DNA from: Heterodontus francisci | Lineage: Eukaryota | Assembly: GCF_036365525.1 (NCBI RefSeq) | Contig: NC_090407.1 | Coordinates: forward strand, 25,857,860-25,921,859 | Direction: 5' to 3' | Length of the DNA stretch: 64,000 bases | Shown: positions 25,494 through 35,115 of the stretch, one piece after another | How positions within the stretch are numbered: position 1 is the stretch's first letter | Layout of the letters: every line of letters begins with the position of its first letter | Made by a program: the position numbers and the translations under genes | The notes under the pieces: model-generated | Database searches by the model: none | The model's input: only the letters and a program-made list of their open reading frames with translations | What the model was told of the DNA's origin: nothing

Positions 25494-28400
25494 CAGGAGC
25501 GACCCGAGACTATAGCAGTTATATATACTATATATTTAATGTGTGTATGTCTGGGTGCATAGGGTGTTCAGAAAGAGGTAGTACCCTTATATTTTCAGTC
25601 AGCTGCATCCAATTTTGTAGGATGGACTGGAATCACTGGTCCTCATCTACACCCAGCTCTTACTGCTGGCTCCAAGTGCCAAACGCCGGTACATCGTCTC
25701 AGCTGATGGGTGAAATGTAGTGAGGGGAGAAATGATGAACATGACACCACCTGGGCGGCTGTCTGTCTTGATAAAGGTAATGGCTAGGGCGGAAGGATTC
25801 CAAGTAGTTCAAATGACCGTCATGTTCAGGAACAAAGACGTATCACAGCATATTGTGTGGGCTGTGATTGTTGGTATACCAGCTATGGATAAAATAGCAA
25901 GGGAAGGAGGGTCCCCTCTAGCCTTAGTCAGCAACCCACCTAGGAGAGGGAAACTGAATCCAAACCTACAGCTTGGAGACCTCGCTGTCGCCATCCCAGT
26001 TCCTTGGGCCACGACAGATGAGCTCCAGGCTTAAAGGGTGGGGGCAGTCAGCGCAAACTGTACTCTATCTTAAAGCACCACTGCGAAGGCAGGACGGAAA
26101 TCCATCCACCCCAAATATAACTCAACAAATAAGTCCTGTAGCAACGGGAAAGTGGTGAAAACGGCAGGTGCAAGATGGCACTGGCAGCCGCAGTTCCAAT
26201 CCAGCATGCAGGCGGCTCAGGATATTGTTGGTTTTGATGATGACCTAGAGACAACATTATCACCCGGTCGCACCCTGAACGACCGAGCAGCCTTTTTGAA
26301 GAACAGCACTGCTTGCTCCGAAATTGGAGAGGGGCCTAGAAGAGGTGGCCTAAACAAATGCTCATCTCCCTACCACCCAGTTGGCTTGCCGCGGGCACTG
26401 GGCATCTCTTAATGTGGTCAAACTATGACAGAAAAGGAAACAAACTCCTAACCTTGCTTCTAAAGGTGGGAAAAGAAAAATTCTGATACTCGACTCTGGT
26501 GACAACAGCCGCCCCCAACGACAGTCAGCCAGCCAGACTAGACATTAATACAGCGGCCCTGGGTGAGGTTCACTTCTCGGAGCAAGGCAGCCTAACAGAA
26601 CACAACGCTGGTTACACCCTCTATTGGTCAGGCAGACCTCAAGGTGAACAATACCCCTTCTGTATGCCACTAAGCTTTCAAGCTGCCAATCAGCCATTCC
26701 AAACACATCATGTCCCTGCGCCTGCCCCTCCAAGACCAACAGCATGCAACCCTCATCGGTGTTTATGCTCCAACCCTGAAGGCTAACCCAGCTGACACAG
26801 ATCTCCGTGAACTCATCCAAAATGCCCCTCCCAAGGACAAAATTGTTGTCCTTGGTGATTTCAATGCCAGAGTGGGCCATGACATTCTGGCATGGAAGGG
26901 AGTGCTCGGAAACAGTGGAGTTGGAAACTGTAAAGAAAATAGCCATTTACTCTTCGAACTCTGTGCAGAAAAGCAGCTGTTCATAACCAACACCTTTCAA
27001 CAAAAAGATCGCTTCAAGACCACATGGATGCATCCCTGCTCTAAACACTGGCACCTGATCGATTACATCTTGGTGCGCCACTGTGACCTAAAGGACGTCC
27101 TGCATACTAGAGTCATGCCCAGCGCTGACTGTTATACAGATCACCAGCTAGTTTGTTCAAAGCTGAACTTCCACTTCAAGAATAAGCCCAAGAACAGGCC
27201 TACAGACAACCCATCAATTAAATTTTGAGTCAGCAACCTACAAACCTCATCTTGCAGAGATAGATATCACGCAACCTTACAGACTAGATTGGAACATCCT
27301 GATCTCACTGCTGATTCCACTCCAGAAGAACTCTGGGAACACAAAGCTACAGGCAGTACTGGATACTTCCAACGATGAACCTTTCATCGGACCCAGCACC
27401 GAGAAGAATAGGGACTCGTTTGATGAAAATGACAAGGAAATTCAAGTTCTACTAAAAAAAAAATTTTTTTAAATCAGCTCATCAGGCTCAGCTGGCCAGC
27501 CAAGTGAAAAAGACAGCCTGTCGTCAAGCATGCAGCACCCTTCAATGTAAACCAAGGAACATCCAAAATGACTGGTGGATTGCACTTGCGGAAAAAACTC
27601 AACTGTACGCTGATATTGGCGACATAAGGAGTTTCTATGAAGCACTAAAATCTGTCTATGCACCAACACATCAAACCCAAAACCTCCTGAGGAGCGCCAA
27701 TGGCAAGATCCTACACATCGATAAGGAGTCAGTCCTGGATCGCTGGTCGGAGCACTTTGAAACTCTCTTCAGCGCTAAGTGCACAGTGCATGACACTGCC
27801 ATCAATCGCATCCAACAACAGCCTGTCAAAGAAGAAGTGGATGACAGCCCAACTCTGGAGGAAACTGTGACTGCAATCAACCAGATGAACAACAAAGCCC
27901 CTGGAGCCAATGGAATTCCACCCGAAGCCTTGAAGCATGTTGGCCCTGCCCTATACATCAAGCTCCATGGGTTTTTCACAGCCTGCTGGGAACAGGGCAG
28001 GATTCCACGAGATCTATGTGATGCCGTTATCACCTTGTACAAAAACAAAGGAGAAAAATCAGACTGCTCCAACTACCTTGGGATCACCCTCCATTTTATT
28101 GCTGGGAAGATCCTGGCCAGAATATTTCTGAACAGGCTTGTGCCTACCATTGCAGAAGAAAACCTCCCAGCGGACCAGTGTGGTTTCAGAGCAAACAGGC
28201 ACCACAGACATGGTATTTGCATTCGGACAATTACAAGAAAAGTGTCGTGAGCAAAACAAAGGCCTGTACATCACTTTCGTAGACCTCACCAAGGCATTTG
28301 ACACTGAACAGTGATGGACTTTGGAAAATCCTTGAAAAACGTGGATGCCCACCCAGATTCCTGGCCGCAGTGAAGCAATTTCATGAAAATCAGTACAGAC

Positions 28401-28790
28401 AAGCCAAGCAAAACAGCGACCTCTCAAGTCTCTGCAGTGGGGATGTGTACTGGCCCCAACCCTATTCATCTTTTTCAGCATGATGCTGCAGCAGGCAACA
28501 GGCCACCTTTGAGGGGGGTTTATGTACGCTTCCAGACTGAGGGAGGTCTTTTCAACCTCCAGCATCTTCAGGCTCACACAAAGACACAAGAAAAACTCAT
28601 CCATGAACTTCTTTTTGTCAATTACTATTTTTTTGCTTTCCCTCTGCTCGGTATAGCTCTTCTCTCCACTGCCACCAGCACTGTTAGCTGAGGCTCACAG
28701 CTGCAATCCAGTACTCAGTACCTCCAATCAAGCAACAGTCAACCCTGTCTTTTTTTTTCTGCAGTCAGCATTCTAATTAGGCAGCAGCCA

Positions 28791-28860
28791 CCCCTGTGCT
28801 GCACCTGTCCTGGGAGTTTTGGGGGACAGTGAGGGAGCTTTACTCTGTATCTAACCCTGT
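28791..28860. repeat. Single unit of a shark-type satellite (ctgggag...ggacagtg...gagggagctttactctgtatctaacc)
   Basis: Recognised from memory as an abundant elasmobranch tandem repeat unit. Only one copy is present here. Confidence 0.55.
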
Positions 28861-29676
28861 TTCATAATATATTATTTGTTGAAGGGCCTTTATTCCCCAG
28901 CACCCCTTTATTTATAAAATGTATATAATTAACTTGATTAAAATCAAACAAATAAAACAAAAATGCAAATTAAAATGGCATTTCCAGCATTGATAATGCA
29001 GTCTAACCCCTGCAGTACCCACGAGGCATGGGCTGCCTCAAGTGACTCAGTGAACACTGCATGCTTCTTCTCCAAGGACACCTGGGCACAAACGTAACCG
29101 TGGAAGAGGGGTAGGCAATCAGGGTGGACGGACCCCCGCCCCCAATAGCCCGCAGCCTGGACCTGTGAATTGCCACCGTGGCTAGGTCCAGGAGCAGACA
29201 GACGGGGAGATCCTCCTCCTGGCCCAGCCCCCTGTGCACCGGGTGCCCAAAGAGCAGGAGCGTGGGGCTGAAGTGCAGCCAAAACTTGAGGAGCAGCCCC
29301 TTTAAATACTTGGAGGGGCTGCAACCTTGCCCATTCTATGCATACATAGAACACGGACTCGTGCAGGCCGCAGAAATTAAGTCCGTAAACTTACTTAAAA
29401 GACTACTGCACGGTACTTCCCTGTGCAGCATCCTCCACCCCAAGTTCCCAATGTAAAGGGGGAGGACTCCTGTGTCGAGAGACCTCCAACGGGGTTTCCC
29501 CTTGCCACCAGCTGGCGACATGAACCGCCACGGCATGTCCGGGCGGCTGATGAGTGCGAGGAAGTAGAAAGTGTGCGGGAGGAGCCCGTACAGGAAACCC
29601 TTCAGCATCATTTGGAATGGCATAGAGCGCATATCTGAGAGGCAACTTGGGTTGTGCGGGACCGGCTCCCAAGGAG

Positions 29677-29837
29677 GGTTACATTGAGTGATATATCCGT
29701 CAGTATATTACTCTCCGATATATCGGAGAGTGTTACACTGAGGGATATATCAGATCGTGTTACACTGAGGGATATATCGGAGAGTGTTACACTGAGGGAT
29801 ATATCACTAGGTGTTACACTGAGGGATTATATCACAG
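29677..29837. repeat. 27-bp minisatellite (gtgttacactgagggatatatcggaga), about 4 good units plus degenerate ones, with a palindrome
   Basis: Units start at 29730, 29757, 29784 and 29811. Perfect 22-bp palindrome actctccgatatatcggagagt at 29710-29731. Confidence 0.92.
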
Positions 29838-31660
29838 TGAGGGGCGTCCCGGGGGCTGCGACTATTTCTCCGCCCGTCGTCCATCCTCTGAGCCAGCCAC
29901 CCAGACTGCTGAGGCGCTCTCCTCTGGGAGCTAATTGTCGTCTTAGAGGCAGTGCCCCTGGCGGAAAAAATACATCGCCGCGCACGCCATCTGGGAGGGT
30001 GCTCGACATAGATGACCGTGCTCTCCTGGCCCACTGTCAGTCAGGCATGCAACGTATAACACATTTTTCCAAGGCGGCACAACTCTTTGGACTAAAAATC
30101 AGTTTAAAGAAAACTGAAGTCCTGTGCAGGCTGATACCTTAAGAAGAATGTAGACCACCGAGCATTGTCATCGAGGAAACCAAGCTGAATGCCATCAAGC
30201 AATTTACTTATTTGGGGAGTGTCATCTAGTTTGATGCCACCATAGACAAGGAAGTGGACAATAGGCTCTCAAAAGCAAACAGTACATTCAGCAGACCCAA
30301 TCAGCATATATGGAGCGAGCACAGACCAAACTAAAAGTGTACAAAGCCATTGTCCTCACCACCCTTCTGTATGGGGCCCAGTCATAGGTCCTATACCGCC
30401 GTCATGTATGCCTTCTAGAGCGCTTCCATCAGCGCTGCCTCTGCAGCATCTTCAACATCTGCTGGCAGGACCACGTCTCAAACATTGAAGTCCTGGAAAC
30501 TGCCAACATTACCAGAATCGAGGCCATCTTCCTGCAAAGTCAACTGCGTTGGGCGGGTCACTTTGCCCGGATGGACGACAGTCGCCTGCCCAAGATCATG
30601 TTGTATGGAGAGCTGACCACGGCAAACGTTTCAAGGACTCCCTTAAGAAGTCCATCTCTGTGTGTCAGCGACCGTTGCCAGTGGGAAGCGCAGGCCGTAG
30701 ATCGTGATGCCTGGAGATGTGACATCAGGAGGGCTACAGATATCTTTGAGACTGAGCGAAGAACCAGCATGAAAGAGAAAAGGAGAAGGATAAATCCAAT
30801 TGCCCCCAGCAACGACTATACCTTCACTTGTACCCACTGTGGGAGAATCTGCCAGTCATGGACAGGTCTGACTGGCCACCAGCGGCCTGCAACCGATGAC
30901 TACAACTGTCCCAAAATCTTCATCTGCGAAGAAATACCAAGAGGAGAACATTACAAGTGACCACTTCAATAAAAATACTTCATTGGCTATAAAGTGCTTT
31001 GGGACAGCAAGTACTCAAGAAAGGTGCTCTATAATTAATTGGAAGTCTTTATCTTATACATTTCATGCTTGGTAATTAAATATCTCTAATTTGGAAGGCT
31101 TCAAAGAATCATTGGCCGGTACTTGTGCACAAATCACACACTGCGTTTGAGGTATATCTCCACTTCCAGTTCAAATAAACCTAAAATTCAAGTAGCTGTT
31201 GGATTTTTAATTTTGCCGGCATAACAGCAACTTTTACGTTTTTTACTCCCAACTCCTCCATCTGTGTTCTTGAGCCCTTCCGCTTGAACTTGGTGAAGGA
31301 AGCTGTCATTGTTCTGTGGGTTTTTTTTTGTTTTCAAGCTGATGGTTGAATTAAACATTTATCCACATCTGTTATTTATCGTGTGCATTAACAACGACTT
31401 TCTATTCTTTGTAGTTCATCGGCTGAAACAACTCTATTATACCTTCGCTACAGCAATATCGTATCAACCCAAGACTGTAATCATTTCTGCGTATCCAGCA
31501 TGTGAGAAATTTGCACAAATATTTACTTTTTTTCTACACGTTCTCTGGTTACTTTTGGCAGATCCTGAAAGTTTTTCGTGGAGCCCTGGTTGAGAACCTC
31601 TGGCCTGGACACATGATGACGATAAAGACATTATGTCGGCACAAAGAACTGCTGGCAGTC

Positions 31661-31889
31661 CTGCGGCAAACTGTGACCAGCTCCTCCTCCAATATCCCGT
31701 GATGCTGCGGCAAACTGAGACCAGCTTCTCCTCCAATATCCCGTGATGCTGCGGCAAACTGTGACCAACTCCTCCTCCAATATCCCGTGATGCCGCGGGA
31801 AACTGTCAGCAGCTCCTCCTCCAATATCCCGTGATGCCGCGGGAGCCAGCGTCGGCGGCACCTCCTCCAATATCCCGTGATGCCCCGCG
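31661..31889 (+). repeat. 44-bp tandem repeat (5 units) in the NECAP2 proximal promoter
   Basis: Unit ctgcggcaaactgtgaccagctcctcctccaatatcccgtgatg starts at 31661, 31705, 31749 and 31793, with a divergent 46-bp unit at 31837. Confidence 0.95.
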
Positions 31890-31947
31890 ATTGTTGGGCG
31901 CGTCGGCATTGGGTCCTCCGGTAGTTGGTGGTGCGGCGGGTAGTAAG

Positions 31948-32039
31948 ATGGCGGAAAGTGATTACGAGTCGGTGCTCTGTGTGAAGCCGGAGGTTCATGT
32001 TTATAGGATCCCGCCCAGAGCAACGAACCGGGGCTACAG
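31948..32039 (+). CDS. NECAP2: Adaptin ear-binding coat-associated protein 2, coding exon 1 ([31 protein letters not shown])
   Basis: Kozak context aagATGG, donor gtacac at 32040, 92 nt, canonical NECAP N-terminus. Position between SZRD1 and CROCC identifies paralog 2. Confidence 0.95.
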
Positions 32040-33714
32040 GTACACGGGGCCTTCAGGGAAGAAGGGAGTGACGGCTCGCCATAATAATAAAGCACGGTCT
32101 GAGTGGTAGTGGAAGTTCTCGTTTCTAGTGAAGGGAATGCACGCGAGAAAGAGGTTGACTGAGGGGTGTGGTGGGGAATGAAGTAGTAGAATAACTTAAA
32201 GATGCAGAGTGAGGGAAAATATAGGTCTTCAAGAGTTGGGGAATGGGGGAAAGAGTCATGGAGGACAGTGACATGATCTTCATGTAAGAAAATGTGTGCA
32301 ATCCCAAGAGGGGAAAGACTGACCTCCCCTGGAATGAGGAACTTTTTTTTTGTATTAATCATTTTGAACTTAGCCTTAACAATTAAATATTGGATGATCA
32401 GTGAACAATGTTAATTCTATAGCTGTAGCGTCTCCCTTTTGAGAAAATAGCCGCAGTACCATAAACATTGTAAAACAAAATAATGCGCATCCTGTTGTTT
32501 TGGCCATTGCTAAAACAGCATTTCTAAAATTCTGGCCACTAGTTGGAAATAATTTGATTGTTGATCACTAAGTACAACAAATAGTAAATGCAGAATCTTG
32601 TCCAAGGATCCTGGGGAAAACCCAAAATGTGATCTGGCCATAATTGTCTCTGGCATTATTTGATATGGTATCCAGTCCCATGTCATTTGGGTGGCTCTAT
32701 GCTATTTGGAATGACCTGGACAGCTAACTGCTGCTACTTAAAGCTCTGGGAAAGCCCTCCTCACTTATTCAAGGTTCAAATGTGTAACTCTGTTAAAAGT
32801 GGTTTTGCTGCAGAAATGTGAACTATTTGTGTTGAACTTATTGTTACACAAGTGAAATTGAATAGTTAATTGTATGCCACATTGAAGGCCAAAGCTGTGA
32901 TGGTGCAGTTGTATATCGGGCAAATATTGTGTGGACAGTATTGAGAGCTTGCAGAAGAGAGCAGTGTTGATGAGGTCTTGCATTTATGGTCACCCTGCTT
33001 ATAAAAACTTGAGTGCCTGCATTTTCCCAATTGTCTAAAAAAAAAACCTCCTATTTTACCTGTGCTAATAAATTAGATGAAAATAATTACATGTTAACAT
33101 TTTATATTACAACCATTCAAAAGCAAAATTAAATAAATGAGTTTCACAAGGAAAATTTAGAGTTACATCAGTTATGTTTCTGGCAAGACATTGCTTGCTT
33201 CCAATTACTGGCAGTAATCGACTGTTTAACTCCTACATCTTCCAGTAAAATCACTGACCTCTTGTTTCTAAAATCTCATTAAAAGAAATACCTCACGGGT
33301 GCAAATGAAAAAGGTGGTACTTGTTGAGTTAGAAGTGTAGTAAAGGGAGATGGGACTAGTTGGTTTAGGGGAGGCATAGAAGGCAGGGTAAGAGGAATAG
33401 TAGAAGGAGGTGACCCTTGTGAGGTGAGCAGGCCGGTGCAGAGCTATGAACCTACTGGGTTGGTGGAGTGTTTATTTCATAAAGCACGATAATAGAATGT
33501 ACCCCTTTACTGTTTTTTTTTATTAAAGTTAGTGAACCCGGAAACTGACCTTGATCCTGTTGTTGAATTGGAGTGCTTGGAGGAAATGTTTCATATTGTC
33601 AGGCAGGATGCTGTTACTACAGAATCTGGTTTTTGAACTTTGTGCAAGGTCCCATTAGTACTGCTCTCAAAACATAGCTAACTGTTCAATAATACAGGCT
33701 GTGTAACCGGAATG

Positions 33715-34515
33715 GAGATTGAGTATAATGGAAAATGCGAAGTTGTCTATTTTGGCAGGAAGAATAACAAAGAAGCATATTATCTAAATGGTGAGAGATT
33801 GCGGAGCTCTGAGATGCAGAGGGATCTGGGTGCCCTAGTGCGTGAATTGCAAAAGGTTAGTATGCAGGTATAGCATGTAATTAGGAAAGCTAATAGAATG
33901 TTATCGTTTATCGTGAGGGGAATTGAGTACAAAAGTAGGGAGGTTATGCTTCAGCTGTACAGGGCATTGGTGAGACCACATCTGGAGTACTGTGTGCAGT
34001 ATTGGTCTCCTTATTTAAGGAAGGATGTAAATGTGTTGGAAGAAGGTTTACTAGACTGATACCTGGAATGGGCAGGCTATCTGATGAGGAAAGATTGGAC
34101 AGGCTAGGCTTGTATCTGCTGGAATTTTGAAGAATAAGAGGCAACTTGATTGAAACATGTAAGATCCTGAGGGGTCTTGACCGGGTGAACGTGGAAAGGA
34201 TGTTCTCCCTTGTGGGAGAATCTAGAACCAGGGGTCACTATTTAAAAATAAGGTGTTGCCCGTTTAAGACAGAGGTGAGGAGAAATTTTTTCTCTGCAGA
34301 TCATGAGTCTTTGGAACTTTCTTCCTCAAAAGGCAGTGCAAGCAGACTCTTTGAATATGTTTAAGGCAGAGGTAGATAGATTCTTGATAAGCGAGGGGGT
34401 GAAAGGTTATTGGGGGTAGGTGATAATGTGGAGAAATCAGTTCAGCCATGAACTTATTGAATGGCAGAGCATGCTTGAGGGACCGTGTGGCCTACTCTTA
34501 ATTTGTATGTTCATA
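33715..34515 (+). mobile_element. CR1 LINE 3' fragment
   Basis: LYRALVRPHLEYCVQYWSP and IETCKILRGLDRVNVERMFSLVGESRTRGH plus the tail. Confidence 0.9.
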
Positions 34516-34574
34516 GGAAACAACTTGGCATAAGGGCAAGAGCTGAGGATTGGTTTCACACTGTATGCATTAAC

Positions 34575-35115
34575 AACAGTAACTTTCATTTATATAGCAT
34601 CTTTCACTGTTAGTAAAACATCCCAAGGCACTTCACAAGAGTGTTACAAAACCAAATGTCACACCGATGCATGTAAGCAGGTGTTAGGAGTGGAGACCAA
34701 AGTTTTGTCAAAGAAATAGGTTGTAGTGAACAAAGGTGGAAAGGCTAAAGGAGGGAATTCCAGAGCTTAGGGCGTTGGCAGTTGAAGGCACGGCCGCCAG
34801 TGGTGGAGCGATTTAAAAATTGGGGATGTGCAAAAAGCCAGAATTGGAAGCATGCAGATATCTCGGAAGATTGTAAGGATGGGAGAGGTTACAGAGATGG
34901 GTAACCATGGAGGGATTTGAAAACAAGAATGAGAATTTTAAATTTGCGGAGTTGCTCAACCAGGACCCAATGTAGGTCAGCAAGCACAGGATGATGGGTG
35001 AACGGTACTTGGTGCGAGTTAGGATACAGGTAGTAGAATTTTGAGTGAGCTTCAGTTTATGGAGGGTAGAAAATGGGAGGGTGGCCAGGAGTGCGTTGGA
35101 ATAGTCAAGGTGGAG
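34575..35115 (-). mobile_element. L2 LINE 3' fragment
   Basis: ORF 34813-35298(-) LDYSNALLATLP..LHKLKLTQN..ILTRTK, and the L2 tail aactttcatttatatagc. Confidence 0.8.

Larger units (their letters stand above)
28620..30010 (-). mobile_element. 5'-truncated Tx1/L1-clade ORF2 fragment with extra 3' sequence, inserted into the RTE RT active site
   Basis: Minus-strand peptides YVEHPPRW, FLYGLLPHTFYFLALISRPDMPWR, LYIGNLGWRMLHR and LLLDLATVAIHRSR, then an A/T-rich 3' UTR. The RTE resumes exactly (LFV|DD) after the insert. Confidence 0.75.
25494..30947 (+). mobile_element. Near full-length RTE-clade LINE (APE endonuclease, RT, C-terminal C2H2), decayed
   Basis: VYAPTL, DKIVVLGDFNARVG, TTWMHPCSKHWHLIDYILVR, KAPGANGIPPE, SDCSNYLGITL, QCGFRANR, FVDLTKAF, QLRWAGHFARMDDSRLPKIMLYGEL and CTHCGRICQS..GLTGHQR. 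Flanked by the 9-bp TSD ACATTACAA (25485-25493 and 30948-30956). Confidence 0.93.
23880..31602 (-). mobile_element. hAT-Charlie/Buster DNA transposon fossil (ZBED5/SCAND3-like transposase), fragmented by nested insertions
   Basis: Minus strand: TIR cagaggttctcaacc (31602-31588) flanked by gcctggac. BED finger PQTQCVICAQVPANDSLKPSKL..YLITKH (about 31046-31200). SSYIVGQKIAKSK..HTIAE..AIEIVREMFGEQMAKEL..PTSNDT (25055-25290). FAIQLDESIDISK (24590-24740). DMWLAKLG.LADIFSEMN.LN (about 24000-24090). Frameshifted, and the 3' TIR was not found. Confidence 0.85.
31640..32110 (+). promoter_or_regulatory. NECAP2: CpG-rich NECAP2 promoter with repeated ZNF143/Staf-like sites and CCAAT boxes
   Basis: Local CpG enrichment. 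tatcccgtgatgccccgcg (31871-31889) nearly matches the Staf/ZNF143 consensus. The start context aagATGGCG is YY1-like. Confidence 0.65.

Noticed and set aside
29654-30142. 162-aa ORF with VTLRDISES repeats
   Set aside because: It is a chance fusion of minisatellite, antisense Tx1 and RTE sequence.
23880-31290. Functional domesticated ZBED/Buster gene
   Set aside because: It has multiple stops, frameshifts and nested insertions, retains a TIR, and the AG before its ATG lacks a pyrimidine tract. It is a fossil transposon.
31661-31889. Regularly spaced repeats resembling a CRISPR array
   Set aside because: The inter-core segments are near-identical to each other rather than unique spacers, there are no cas genes, and the context is a vertebrate promoter. 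It is a minisatellite.
31549-32362. Long minus-strand ORFs (149 aa and 243 aa) over the NECAP2 promoter
   Set aside because: They arise from the stop-poor GC-rich tandem repeat and the antisense of exon 1. The peptides are repetitive and match no family.
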